From Betaproteobacteria bacterium (lineage in GTDB: Bacteria; Bacillota; UBA5301; DYFA01): 64,000 bases of DNA. Location of the stretch: contig JBLNCL010000016.1 of assembly GCA_050260635.1 (NCBI GenBank), forward strand, positions 116,809 to 180,808, written 5' to 3'. Numbering within the stretch: position 1 is the stretch's first letter; each line of letters begins with the position of its first letter. Shown here piece by piece: positions 1 through 10,863 of this stretch. The notes below the pieces were generated by a model that was given only the letters and a program-made list of their open reading frames with translations, ran no database searches and had not been told where the DNA came from. A program made the translations under genes and the position numbers.

Positions 1-300
1 CGAAACCGCGAGGCCCGCTCCGACGAGCCCCCCGATCAGCGTCCGAGGCAGGCGGATATTCCAGACAATCGTCCGCGGCAATGCGGGACTTCGCCCGAGG
101 ATTGCCTGCCAGACCGCGACCGGCCCCAGCCGGACCGGCCCGAGCCCAACGCCTAGGGTGAAGGCGACCAGACAGAGGATGCACCCCAGGCCGAGAACGA
201 GGAATTGGCGACGCCGCTGGCGCGCCCCGGCGGCCAGGAGGGCGGCAGAATCACCGTTGCCCTTCCGGATTGCTTCGGCGTAGGCGGGTTTATCGGCCAC
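1..300 (-). CDS. FecCD/BtuC-family ABC transporter permease, N-terminal ~100 codons (gene continues beyond the left edge)
   Basis: Own minus-strand translation from GTG at 300-298: MADKPAYAEAIRKG...VAVWQAILGRSPALPRTIVWNIRLPRTLIGGLVGAGLAVS. This is the typical TM1 plus RLPR signature of iron-siderophore/B12 permeases. The start overlaps the stop of the binding-protein gene by 11 nt. It is absent from the ORF track because it runs off the window. Confidence 0.75.
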   Translation of the reverse strand, partial: MADKPAYAEAIRKGNGDSAALLAAGARQRRRQFLVLGLGCILCLVAFTLGVGLGPVRLGPVAVWQAILGRSPALPRTIVWNIRLPRTLIGGLVGAGLAVS

Positions 301-1225
301 CCCGGAACACCTCGGGGTAGAGGGCCGCGGCTACCTGCTCCAGAGCCTCGACGTACCGCGGTCCGGGCGAGGTGAAAAGAAACGGGTCCAACTCGACCAC
401 CCGGCCGTTTTTGACGGCTTTCAGGGTGTTCCATAGGGGGTCCGTCTGAAAACCGGGCAGGGCTTTCGACTTGTCCGAGGCGTCCCGGACCGGTTTCACC
501 AGGATCAGCACGTCCGGATTGGCCTCCACCACCCGCTCCATGGACAACCTGGTGTATCCGGGGCGATGCTCCGGCCCCGTCTCAGCAATGTTCACCCCGC
601 CCAAGAGCTTCACCATGTCACCTAGGTAGGAATTGGGCTTGGCGGCCGACCAGGCTTCCGCACTGCCGACCATGATCAGCACCCGCGGGTGACCCGTGGC
701 CGGGACCTTCTTCCGCACCGCCTCGACCCGGCGCTCGATCTCGCCAGCCAGCTTGGCCCCTTTCTCCGGTTCGCCCACGAGCTCGCCCATCAACTTGAAC
801 TTCTCGATCACGTCTTTGTAGGAGTCGATCATGTAGAGCAAGACGGGTGCGCCTACCTGCTGCAGATTGCCGAGGTAAGGAGCGTGGAGGTCCTTGTTGC
901 CGATCAGCAGGTCCGGCCTGAGGGCGGCGATCCGCTCGTAGTTCAGCCGATAGGAGAGGCCGTGCTCAGGGATCTTGAGCGCCTCCGCCGGCCAGTCTGC
1001 GGACGAAGGGCGTCCGACGGGTGGCTTGCCGAGCATGATCAGCATCTCGACGACCCAGGGGGTGAGCGCCACAATCCGTTGCGGCTTGGCCGGGATCACG
1101 ACCTCGCGGCCGGTTTCGTCCTTGACTGTCCGGGTGCCCTCGGCCAGAGCGGATGGAACGGCCATGACCACCATTGCCAAGCAGACGAGCAGGATCGCGT
1201 AGGGGCGTACACGACGGGTTACCAA
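290..1225 (-). CDS. Periplasmic/solute-binding protein of a Fe3+-siderophore/cobalamin-type ABC importer (FecB/BtuF-like)
   Basis: 311-aa ORF with a signal peptide (LLVCLAMVVMAVPSALA). Cluster-A binding-protein pattern (RIVALTPWVVEML, RPDLLIGN, VLILVKP). AAAGGAG lies ~9 nt upstream of the TTG start. Operonic with the FecCD permease. Confidence 0.85.
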   Translation of the reverse strand: MVTRRVRPYAILLVCLAMVVMAVPSALAEGTRTVKDETGREVVIPAKPQRIVALTPWVVEMLIMLGKPPVGRPSSADWPAEALKIPEHGLSYRLNYERIAALRPDLLIGNKDLHAPYLGNLQQVGAPVLLYMIDSYKDVIEKFKLMGELVGEPEKGAKLAGEIERRVEAVRKKVPATGHPRVLIMVGSAEAWSAAKPNSYLGDMVKLLGGVNIAETGPEHRPGYTRLSMERVVEANPDVLILVKPVRDASDKSKALPGFQTDPLWNTLKAVKNGRVVELDPFLFTSPGPRYVEALEQVAAALYPEVFRGGR

Positions 1226-1497
1226 GAGGAATCACTCCTTTCGCACGACCGGGAGAGACTTTGAGCTTATTCGGCCCATCTGGCGCGCCCTCCTGCTACA
1301 GACGACAGCCTTGTCACGGGCCGCGTTCTCTTCTCCGGTCCCCAGCCGCAAGGTCGTCAACGTCCGGAAATTCATTATTTATCTTCCAAATCGTTTCTGA
1401 TATACTTACACTGGCCGTGGCCCGGGAGGGCGCTTTTTTCATTTCTGACCCCTGTCCATCCCGCCGCCGGCGACTACCCCTAAAGGAGGACTGCCGA

Positions 1498-1956
1498 ATG
1501 CTTCCCACCCCCAGGAAATTCACGATTTGCGCCGGTTCCGCCGAGGGCCCGACCCGGCTGAACGCCTTCGATAACGCCCTCCTGGCAGCCGGCATCGGCA
1601 ATCTGAATCTGCTCCGGGTCTCGTCCGTGCTGCCGCCCGGGGCACAACATGTGGAGAAGCTCGACATCCCGCCCGGATCGCTCACGCCGACCGCCTACGG
1701 GACCATCACCAGTTCCACGCCGGGCGAACGGATCGCAGCGGCGGTGGCGATCGGTTTCACCAAGGACAGCTTTGGTATGATCATGGAGTACTCCGGGGTC
1801 TGCACGAAGGAGGAGGCCGAGCGGGAGGTCACCCGGATGGTCGAGGAGGCCTTCAAGCAGCGGAATCTTCCCCTGGCGAAGGTGATGTGCAAGGGGACCG
1901 ACATCGTTGTTCAGCATATTGCCACCGCCTTCGCCGCAGTGGCCTTGTGGTATTGA
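1498..1956 (+). CDS. pdaD: Pyruvoyl-dependent arginine decarboxylase
   Basis: MLPTPRKFTICAGSAEG...NLLRVSSVLPPG matches the PvlArgDC family, including the Ser-Ser self-cleavage site. The internal ATG at 1498 was chosen because AAAGGAGG lies ~8 nt upstream; the ORF-track start at 1174 is a low-complexity extension. Confidence 0.85.
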   Translation: MLPTPRKFTICAGSAEGPTRLNAFDNALLAAGIGNLNLLRVSSVLPPGAQHVEKLDIPPGSLTPTAYGTITSSTPGERIAAAVAIGFTKDSFGMIMEYSGVCTKEEAEREVTRMVEEAFKQRNLPLAKVMCKGTDIVVQHIATAFAAVALWY

Positions 1957-1989
1957 GCCGGAGCGCAGGCGGAGAGAGGGGGTTGCCAC

Positions 1990-2829
1990 TTGTCTCAGTT
2001 CGAACTCTGGTATACCGAGGAGCAGACCAAAAACCAGCGGTTCTCCTGCCGCGTGACCCGGACGCTCCACACGGAGCAGACACCTTTTCAGAAGCTGGAT
2101 GTCTTTGAGACCGCCCAGTGGGGCCGGATGCTCACCCTGGACGGTCTGGTGATGACGACCGACCAAGACGAGTTCGTCTACCACGAGATGATCGTTCACG
2201 TCCCGCTCTGCACCCATCCCAACCCCGAATACGTGGCGGTAATCGGTGGCGGAGACGGGGGTGCTATCCGGGAGGTCCTGAAGCACCAAAGCGTGAAAAA
2301 GGCAACCCTCGTCGAGATTGACGGGCGGGTGATCGAGGCGAGCAAGCAGTTCTTCCCGAATATCAGCTCGGGTCTCTCCGACCCTCGGGTCGAGATCCGG
2401 GTGGAGGATGGGATCAAGCACATTGCCGAGACCAAGGGCCGGTACGACGTGATCATCGTGGATTCCACCGACCCCATCGGGCCAGCCGTCGGCCTGTTTG
2501 CCAGGGAGTTCTACCAAAACGTCTTCGCGGCTCTGCGGGAAGAGGGGCTCTTCGTGGCGCAAACGGAATCGCCGTTTTACCACGCCGATCTGATCCGGGA
2601 CACCTTTGCCGTGATAAGCGACATCTTCCCGACAACCCGGCTCTATCTGGCAGCGATCCCGACGTACCCCTCGGGGCTGTGGTCCTTTACCGTGGGCTCG
2701 AAGAAACACGACCCGGCGGTGGTCGACCCCGACCGGAAGCTACCCTTCGCCACCCGGTACTACACGCCCGAACTTCACCGCGGGGCCTTCGCCCTGCCGC
2801 AGTTCGTGGCGGAGCTGCTCAAGAAGTGA
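1990..2829 (+). CDS. speE: Spermidine synthase / polyamine aminopropyltransferase
   Basis: 279 aa. Family motifs WYTE, LDGxxMTTxxDEFxYHEM and IGGGDGG; TTG start. Confidence 0.9.
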   Translation: MSQFELWYTEEQTKNQRFSCRVTRTLHTEQTPFQKLDVFETAQWGRMLTLDGLVMTTDQDEFVYHEMIVHVPLCTHPNPEYVAVIGGGDGGAIREVLKHQSVKKATLVEIDGRVIEASKQFFPNISSGLSDPRVEIRVEDGIKHIAETKGRYDVIIVDSTDPIGPAVGLFAREFYQNVFAALREEGLFVAQTESPFYHADLIRDTFAVISDIFPTTRLYLAAIPTYPSGLWSFTVGSKKHDPAVVDPDRKLPFATRYYTPELHRGAFALPQFVAELLKK

Positions 2830-2839
2830 GGAGTCGACG

Positions 2840-3718
2840 ATGAGCAAGGGATGGGAGGCACGGCGGCCAGCCTTCATGGCCAGTCGGGAGACGGCGGACG
2901 GAGCCTATGCGGTCCTGATCGGAGCGCCCATGGACTGGACGGCGAGCTTCCGTCCAGGGTCCCGTTTCGGGCCGGCGGCCATCCGAGCCGTCTCCGACGG
3001 GATCGAGGAGTACTCGGTCTACCAGGACCGGTCGTTGGAGGAGGTCGCCTTCCACGACGCCGGCGACCTAGTCCTCCCGTTCGGCAATGCCAAGGCCAGC
3101 CTGGAAATCATCGAGGCAGCCGCCGCCGACCTCTGGACCGCCGGCCACTTCCCACTCTTCCTGGGCGGTGAACATCTGATCACTCTGGGGGTGCTCCGGG
3201 CGGCCACCCGGCGCTACCCGGAGCTGGCGGTCTTCCACCTCGATGCCCACGCCGACCTGCGCCCGGGATACATGGGAGAGCGGGAGTCTCACGCCTCGGT
3301 CATGCGGAGGGCACTGGAGGAGTGCCCGGGACTCACCCTCTACCAGTTCGGCATCCGCTCCGGAACCGCCGAGGAGTTCGCCCTGGCCCGGGAGAAAACC
3401 CAACTTTACCCGTTTGAGGTGGTAGAGCCGCTCTACGGCGTCTGTTCCGAGCTGGAAGAGCGGCCGGTTTACCTGACGCTGGACATCGACGTGGTGGACC
3501 CGGCCTTCGCCCCTGGCACCGGGACTCCCGAACCGGGGGGCATCACCTCCCGCGAGCTGCTCGACGCCCTCCACGTGCTCAAGGGGGTGAACCTGGTCGG
3601 CTGCGACCTGGTCGAGGTCAGCCCGCCGTACGACCAGAGTTCACGGACGGCTGTCCTCGCCGCTGAGGTCGTCCGCGAACTTCTCTTGCAGGTCTCGCCT
3701 GGCCCGTCCAAGAAATAG
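2840..3718 (+). CDS. speB: Agmatinase-family ureohydrolase
   Basis: 292 aa. Mn-binding ureohydrolase motifs HLDAHADL, LTLDIDVVDP and CDLVEVSPPYD. Confidence 0.9.
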   Translation: MSKGWEARRPAFMASRETADGAYAVLIGAPMDWTASFRPGSRFGPAAIRAVSDGIEEYSVYQDRSLEEVAFHDAGDLVLPFGNAKASLEIIEAAAADLWTAGHFPLFLGGEHLITLGVLRAATRRYPELAVFHLDAHADLRPGYMGERESHASVMRRALEECPGLTLYQFGIRSGTAEEFALAREKTQLYPFEVVEPLYGVCSELEERPVYLTLDIDVVDPAFAPGTGTPEPGGITSRELLDALHVLKGVNLVGCDLVEVSPPYDQSSRTAVLAAEVVRELLLQVSPGPSKK

Positions 3719-3746
3719 ATGACGGAAGGCCACCTGATGAAGGCCG

Positions 3747-3905
3747 GTGGTAGACAAGGCGATTGAGCATCGCCCGGGGGCTCGGCGAGAAGGGGATCGT
3801 CAGCCCCGAACTGGCGGAGAAGCTCGTTCCGATGGCTGGGTATCGGGCTGGACCTGCGCGCTTTTGCCCGCTAGGTCCAGCAGTTTCTCGAACATCAGAA
3901 CTGAT
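3747..3905 (+). pseudogene. Relic of a HepT (DUF86) toxin gene, C-terminal fragment, frameshifted and internally deleted
   Basis: One frame reads RGLGEKGIVSPELAEKLVPMAGYR. This parallels LKESGLISDAEQAKYADMVGFRN of the intact HepT at 35088-35525. The RX4HXY catalytic motif is missing. The next frame continues GLDLRAFAR*VQQFLEH, compared with LSDLDHFAEITLRLL in the intact copy. Confidence 0.4.
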
Positions 3906-4021
3906 CAGCTATCCTGGTCGTTGCCAAAATATGCAGTTCCGGACGGGGCAGGAGGAATCACGCCAGCGATGGAAATACTGTCTTTCGAAGCCCCTCAATG
4001 ACAGACCAGGAGGTAAGAAAA

Positions 4022-4690
4022 GTGAACTGCAAACTGCGCAACAGCATCCTGAATCGTCGGATCGCCGCCCTTGTCGGCGCCCTGGTGCTCATGGTCTTCG
4101 GACTATCCCTGACCGGCCTGGCAGCGCCCACGGTTTACGGACCAACCGGATTGATGTTCGTCCCCACGGCGGATGTCCTGCCGAACGGTGGCTTCAACTT
4201 TGGCTTGCACCGCATGTACGAGAGCAATTACCTTACCTTCAACACGAGCCTCCTCGACAACCTGGAGTTCGGTGTCACGGTAGTGTCATGGCCCGGCGAC
4301 TCGGATGCCCAGGCCAACGTGAAGTTCCGTCTCTTGAACGAGACCAGACAGGGGCCGGCCTTGGCCGTCGGTGTCACCGACCTCACCCATGACCGCGGCC
4401 GTGATGCCTATGTGGTGCTGACCAAGTCCCTTCCGGAGTTCGGCTTCCGGGGGAGCATCGGGATCGACAGCGACGGACTGATCGGCGGGCTCTCCAAGGA
4501 GCTTAACCCGGTCTCCATCGCCAAGGGCGGCAAGCGGGGCACCCCGGGGGTCACCTTCCTGCTCGACTTCAACGACGCCGCCTTGAGCCTAGGGCTGGGG
4601 ATCGGGCTGACGCCGGAACTCCGGGCGAACGTCTACCTTCACGACCTCGACGAGGCCGTTGTGGGCGTGAGTTATCAGGCCAGGTTCTAG
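4022..4690 (+). CDS. Secreted protein with outer-membrane beta-barrel-like features (YjbH-like N-terminal motif)
   Basis: AGGAGGT lies 7 nt upstream of GTG 4022 (the ORF-track ATG at 3998 has no SD). Signal/anchor helix IAALVGALVLMVFGLSL. PTGLMFVPTADVLP motif. Alternating hydrophobic C-terminus VGVSYQARF ending in Phe. Confidence 0.6.
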   Translation: MNCKLRNSILNRRIAALVGALVLMVFGLSLTGLAAPTVYGPTGLMFVPTADVLPNGGFNFGLHRMYESNYLTFNTSLLDNLEFGVTVVSWPGDSDAQANVKFRLLNETRQGPALAVGVTDLTHDRGRDAYVVLTKSLPEFGFRGSIGIDSDGLIGGLSKELNPVSIAKGGKRGTPGVTFLLDFNDAALSLGLGIGLTPELRANVYLHDLDEAVVGVSYQARF

Positions 4691-4742
4691 GGCGGGCATT
4701 TTCCCCCTCCCCGGACGGGGGTGGCTGTGGTAAGATAAGGGC

Positions 4743-5153
4743 ATGGATATCGGCCAATACCAGAAGTGGGTGGAGGACTTCGACCGGGAACGCGGATGGG
4801 ACCTCTGTCTCCCGGCCGAAGTCTTCGTCCATTTCATGGAGGAGGCGGGCGAGATCGCCCGCCTGGTTCTTGCCCTTGAGGGGTACCGGGAAGTGGCCCC
4901 GGACGAGGCGGACAGGCTTCGCCCGCGCCTGGCGGAAGAGATCGCCGACGCCATCACCTTCCTGATCAAGCTGGCCTACCTCTACGACGTTAACGTGGCC
5001 GAAGGGCTCGAACGGAACATGGCCAAATGCGACGGCCGCTATCCGCCGGCGGAGGCGCCCGGGGCGGTCCTCACCTACCTTGAGCGTCACCGGGAGGAAC
5101 TGGAGGGCTTTCTCCGCCTTTATCGGCAGCGGTTTGGGGAGGAAACCGAGTGA
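4743..5153 (+). CDS. MazG-like nucleotide pyrophosphohydrolase
   Basis: 136 aa with the all-alpha NTP-PPase pattern (EEAGEIARL...LAEEIADAITFL). Confidence 0.8.
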   Translation: MDIGQYQKWVEDFDRERGWDLCLPAEVFVHFMEEAGEIARLVLALEGYREVAPDEADRLRPRLAEEIADAITFLIKLAYLYDVNVAEGLERNMAKCDGRYPPAEAPGAVLTYLERHREELEGFLRLYRQRFGEETE

Positions 5154-6877
5154 CTGTCGTAGCCGACTTGAAGCAGGCCATCGTAGACTGCCTTTATCGT
5201 GCACTATGCTCCGCCGAACGGGCGGGGGAGCTGGACCTGCGTGGAACCGAGTGGCCCGCTATCGCCTTGGAGGTGCCGCGGGAAAGGGCCCACGGCGATT
5301 ACGCCACAAACGCTGCCCTGTTGCTCGCCCGGCCGGCGAGGAAGGCGCCGCGGCAAGTGGCCGAGACTCTGGTCCGCCACTTCGACCGGGCCGGGACTTT
5401 CGTCGAGCGCATCGAGGTTGCCGGCCCGGGCTTCATCAACTTCTACCTCGATCCGGCCTGGCTAACGGCGGTGGTTCGGGAGATCGGTCTGCTGGGCAGC
5501 GACTACGGCCGGACCGCGCCTCACGGCAAGCGGGTCAACGTCGAGTACGTTTCGGCCAACCCGACCGGGCCTCTCCACGTGGGCCATGGACGGAACGCCG
5601 TGGTCGGCGACGTGATTGCCAACGTCCTCGAGTGGACCGGCTGGGATGTGACGCGGGAGCACTACACCAACGACGCCGGGAACCAGGTGCTCAACTTCGC
5701 CGCCTCGCTGGAGATTCGGTACCGTCAGGCGCTGGGCGAAGAGGGCTTGAGCATTCCCGAAAACGGCTATCACGGCGAAGACCTGATCGAGTTGATGCGG
5801 GAACTGGCGGAGCAGGAGGGTGACCGGCTGCTGAGACTCCCGGCGGAGGAGCGGCGGGCTCACCTCGCGGCGTATGGCCTAGGGCGGAAACTGGAGGACA
5901 TCCGGCGCGTCCTGGACAAGTTCGGAGTCCACATGGATCTCTACTTCTCCGAGCAAAGCCTCCACGATACCGACGCTCTTGGGGCTACCATCCGGGAGCT
6001 CCAAGCCAAGGGCCACGTCTACGAGGCGGAAGGGGCGCTCTGGCTTCGCTCGACTGCCTTCGGGGACGACAAGGACAGGGTCTTGGTCCGGCAAAACGGG
6101 CTCCCGACCTATGTGGCGGCCGACCTGGCCTATCACCGGAACAAGTACGAACGGGGTTTTGACCGGGTAATCGACGTTTGGGGGGCGGACCACCACGGCT
6201 ACATTCCCCGGATGCGGGCCGGGATCGCCGCTCTGGGCTGGGACCCCGCCACTTTCCAGGTTGTCCTCTATCAGCTGGTGAACCTGTTGGCCAACGGCGT
6301 CCCCGTCCAGATGTCCAAGCGGGCCGGGAAGCTGGTGACGCTGGAGGAGGTCATCGACGAGGTGGGGCGGGACGCCGCCCGCTTCTGGTACGTCATGCGC
6401 TCAGCCGACGCCACCCTTGACTTCGACCTGGAGGTGGCGAAGAAGCAGTCCGACGACAACCCGGTGTATTATGTTCAATACGCCCACGCCCGGGTCGCTT
6501 CGATTCTCCGGCAGGCTGTGGAGGCTGGGATCCTGCCGGCCGGCTGGTCGCTGGAGCGAACGGTGTTGCAGCAGCTTCCGGAGTGGGCCGAAGGGCTGGG
6601 GACGTTCGCCGAGGAGGTCGAGCGTGACCTGGTGAAGCTTCTGGCCGCCTTCCCGGACGAGCTGGGGCTGGCGGCCGACCGCCTGGAGCCTCACCGGATC
6701 GCCCGGTACGCTTTGGCTGTGGCCGGGGCCTTTCACTCGTTTTACAACGCTTGCCGGGTGATCGACCGGGAGGAGCCGGAGCGGACCCGATTGCGGCTGC
6801 TCTTGGTGGATGCGGTCCGGGTCACGGTCCGCAACGCCTTGCGGATTCTCGGCGTGTCGACGCCGGAGCGGATGTAA
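5150..6877 (+). CDS. argS: Arginine--tRNA ligase
   Basis: 575 aa. Class I HIGH-type motif PTGPLHVGHGRN and KMSKS-like QMSKRAGK. GTG start overlaps the mazG-like stop (GTGA). Confidence 0.95.
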   Translation: MTVVADLKQAIVDCLYRALCSAERAGELDLRGTEWPAIALEVPRERAHGDYATNAALLLARPARKAPRQVAETLVRHFDRAGTFVERIEVAGPGFINFYLDPAWLTAVVREIGLLGSDYGRTAPHGKRVNVEYVSANPTGPLHVGHGRNAVVGDVIANVLEWTGWDVTREHYTNDAGNQVLNFAASLEIRYRQALGEEGLSIPENGYHGEDLIELMRELAEQEGDRLLRLPAEERRAHLAAYGLGRKLEDIRRVLDKFGVHMDLYFSEQSLHDTDALGATIRELQAKGHVYEAEGALWLRSTAFGDDKDRVLVRQNGLPTYVAADLAYHRNKYERGFDRVIDVWGADHHGYIPRMRAGIAALGWDPATFQVVLYQLVNLLANGVPVQMSKRAGKLVTLEEVIDEVGRDAARFWYVMRSADATLDFDLEVAKKQSDDNPVYYVQYAHARVASILRQAVEAGILPAGWSLERTVLQQLPEWAEGLGTFAEEVERDLVKLLAAFPDELGLAADRLEPHRIARYALAVAGAFHSFYNACRVIDREEPERTRLRLLLVDAVRVTVRNALRILGVSTPERM

Positions 6878-6938
6878 ACGAGTAGGATATGAGAGCGCTG
6901 GCTCGAAAAGAAAGAGCGGCACTAAAGGAGGGGCTGCC

Positions 6939-7595
6939 GTGGAGATTCAATGGTACGGACATTCCTGTTTCCGTTTGGTGAACCAAGCCGGGTTCACCAT
7001 CGTGACCGACCCCTTCGACCAGTCCGTCGGTTACCCCAGTCCCACGGTCACTGCCAACCTCGTCACTATTAGCCACAACCATCTCGATCACAACGCCTAT
7101 CGAATCGTCCAAGGATCACCCAAAGTGGCCGATCGTCCGGGGACGGTGGCCGCCACTCAGTTAGCCCCTGGGGTGAGCGTCCAGGGTGTGGCCAGCTTTC
7201 ACGACGAGCTCGAGGGGCGGCGGCGCGGGTCGAACGTCATCTTCGTCTTCGAACTCGATGGAGTCCGGGTTGCCCACCTGGGCGATCTCGGACACCCCCT
7301 CAACGCCCAGCAGGTAGCGGCGATCGTGCCAGTGGACGTGCTCTTGGTGCCGGTCGGCGGGACGTACACCATTGACGCTCAGGGGGCATACGACGTCTGC
7401 CAAGGTCTGGCGCCGAAAATCGCCATCCCAATGCACTACAAGACCGAAGTCTGCCGGCTGGATATCGGGCCGGTCGAGCCGTTTTTGAAGCTTTGTCCTC
7501 AGGTCGAGCGCCCGAACAGCAACCGTCTCACTCTAACCCCTGCAGGCTTAAATGGGTTGAAACCCTGGCGGGCCGTGGTCCTAAACTACCGCTAG
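6939..7595 (+). CDS. Metallo-beta-lactamase-fold hydrolase (UPF0173-like)
   Basis: VEIQWYGHSCFRL...ISHNHLDHN motif. GTG 6939 has AAAGGAGG ~8 nt upstream; the ORF-track start at 6810 overlaps argS. Confidence 0.8.
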   Translation: MEIQWYGHSCFRLVNQAGFTIVTDPFDQSVGYPSPTVTANLVTISHNHLDHNAYRIVQGSPKVADRPGTVAATQLAPGVSVQGVASFHDELEGRRRGSNVIFVFELDGVRVAHLGDLGHPLNAQQVAAIVPVDVLLVPVGGTYTIDAQGAYDVCQGLAPKIAIPMHYKTEVCRLDIGPVEPFLKLCPQVERPNSNRLTLTPAGLNGLKPWRAVVLNYR

Positions 7596-9230
<1,635 letters not shown>

Positions 9231-9304
9231 AGTTTTCTTGAATACCCCCGCCCGAGAGTGGCGAGACTGGAAATGCACCAATCTCGGGCGAGGGGGCTCC
9301 AAAG

Positions 9305-9841
9305 TTGGTCAAGGCATACCGGTGGTGCCTGGTCGCCGTTTTCACCTCACTTCTGGCGGTCCTTCACGCTGCGAATGCGCTGGCCTCCGGTTGCTCTCTC
9401 TGGCTGGCCGGCGAGGTGGCGGCGGTGCATCCGGAGTCGGAAAGCCTCCGGCTGAAGACACCGGACGGTGTAGAGCGGGTCGTGCAGCTGGCCCCGGGGG
9501 CGGTGGTCCGGCGGGACGGTCAGCCCTCCACCCTGTGGGCGCTGCGCCCCGTCGCTCCCGGATTCTGCCATGAGGTCCTTGTCTGGCTGGCCCCGGACGG
9601 ACGGGCGAGGCTAGTCGAGGGAGAATATCCCGGGGGCGAGGCCAGAGTGGTGACCGTTGGCTCAGAGAGACTGACTCTCGAGCTTTTGGACGGGCGGCTG
9701 ACAGTGCGGCAGCTGGCTCCGGCCTGCCGGGTAAGTCGGGCCGGGAACTGGTTCGGGGTCGAGGTTCTCCAGCCTGGGCAGTGGGTCTATGTGCTGTTCG
9801 ATTTGAGCGGGCGCGTAAAAAAAATCGCCCTGCCCGGTTGA
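9305..9841 (+). CDS. Hypothetical secreted protein with two internal beta-rich repeats
   Basis: Signal peptide VFTSLLAVLHAANALA. Two similar segments (LRLKTPDGVERVVQLAPGAVV... and LTLELLDGRLTVRQLAPACRV...). No family recognised. Confidence 0.5.
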   Translation: MVKAYRWCLVAVFTSLLAVLHAANALASGCSLWLAGEVAAVHPESESLRLKTPDGVERVVQLAPGAVVRRDGQPSTLWALRPVAPGFCHEVLVWLAPDGRARLVEGEYPGGEARVVTVGSERLTLELLDGRLTVRQLAPACRVSRAGNWFGVEVLQPGQWVYVLFDLSGRVKKIALPG

Positions 9842-9996
9842 GGCAGGAGGGATACGGCGAGAGAGGCCGAATTTAGGACAGCGGCTGGCTTGCCTCCCTC
9901 TGCGACCTCTCACTTTTCCGAATTCAAGACGGGCTTCTGCTTGTTCGGCGCTTTCTCTAACTGCGTGTGTCTTTCAGAAGGGAAGAAGGGTGAATA

Positions 9997-10851
9997 ATGC
10001 CGTTGGTTTCTGGTGCCACGCTGCTTGCTGCGGCTGAGAAGGATGGTTATGCCGTCGGAGCGTTCAACGTAAACAACCTGGAGACGCTGACTTCCATCGT
10101 GGCGGCCGCCGAGGGGGAGAGGGCCCCAGTCATTCTTCAAGCAAGTCAGGGGGCCATCAAGTACGCCGGCCTCGAATATATTGTGGCGATGGCCAAGGTG
10201 GCCGCGGCCCGCGCCACGGTTCCGATCGCTCTCAACCTCGACCACGGCACCAGCTTCGCCCAGGCGATGCAGTGTATCCACGCCGGCTTCACCGCCGTGA
10301 TGGTGGATGGCTCGCGCCTATCGTACGAGGGGAACGCCGAGCTGGTCCGCCGGGTGGTCGAGGTGGCTCATGCGGTCGGAGTCTCGGTTGAGGCGGAGCT
10401 GGGGCGAATCGGGGGAACGGAGGACGATATTACCGTCGCCGAGCGGGAAGCCACGTTCACCGACCCGGAGGCGGCCGCCCGCTTCGCAGCGGAGACGGCC
10501 TGCGACGCCTTGGCAGTGGCTGTAGGCACGGCCCACGGAGTGTACAAGGGTGAACCGAAACTCGACTTCGGCCGCCTGGCTGCCATCGACCGGCTGGTCA
10601 AGACCCCGCTGGTCCTCCACGGCGCTTCGGGAGTACCCGACGACGCCATCCGTGAGGCGATCAGGTTGGGGGTACGCAAGATCAACATCGATACCGAGAT
10701 CAGACTGGCCTTTGCCAGCGCCGTCCGACGCACACTGGCGGACGACGAGGACCTCTACGACCCCCGCGAAATTCTGAGCCCCGCCCGCCGGGCCATGGAA
10801 GAGGTTGTGCGGGAGAAAATACGGCTCTTCGGCAGCGCCGGACGGGCGTAG
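9997..10851 (+). CDS. fba: Class II fructose-bisphosphate aldolase
   Basis: 284 aa. GYAVGAFNVNNLE, LNLDHG and VLHGASG motifs. Confidence 0.92.
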   Translation: MPLVSGATLLAAAEKDGYAVGAFNVNNLETLTSIVAAAEGERAPVILQASQGAIKYAGLEYIVAMAKVAAARATVPIALNLDHGTSFAQAMQCIHAGFTAVMVDGSRLSYEGNAELVRRVVEVAHAVGVSVEAELGRIGGTEDDITVAEREATFTDPEAAARFAAETACDALAVAVGTAHGVYKGEPKLDFGRLAAIDRLVKTPLVLHGASGVPDDAIREAIRLGVRKINIDTEIRLAFASAVRRTLADDEDLYDPREILSPARRAMEEVVREKIRLFGSAGRA

Positions 10852-10863
10852 CCGGCCGACGAG

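Noticed and set aside
1226-1497. Possible cobalamin riboswitch or other leader upstream of the FecB/BtuF-like binding-protein gene
   Set aside because: I looked on the minus strand for the B12 box (GCCACTG context) and the GGTG..AA.TCC core. Only a loose GCCAGTG was found, without the surrounding conserved elements. A covariance-model scan would be needed to be sure.
1480-2709. 409-aa ORF on the minus strand across pdaD/speE
   Set aside because: It is antisense to two genes with clear family motifs. The composition is Arg/Gly/Pro-rich, typical of shadow ORFs in high-GC DNA. No SD or recognisable domain.
3763-4392. 209-aa ORF overlapping the 4022-4690 gene
   Set aside because: Only its first ~30 codons resemble anything (the HepT relic). 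The rest is an out-of-frame read-through of the downstream gene.
9842-9996. Apparent long-range complementarity (GAGGCA...TGCCTC) upstream of fba
   Set aside because: Only 6 bp pair across a ~45-nt loop and the arm order does not form a consistent hairpin; not convincing as a regulatory structure.
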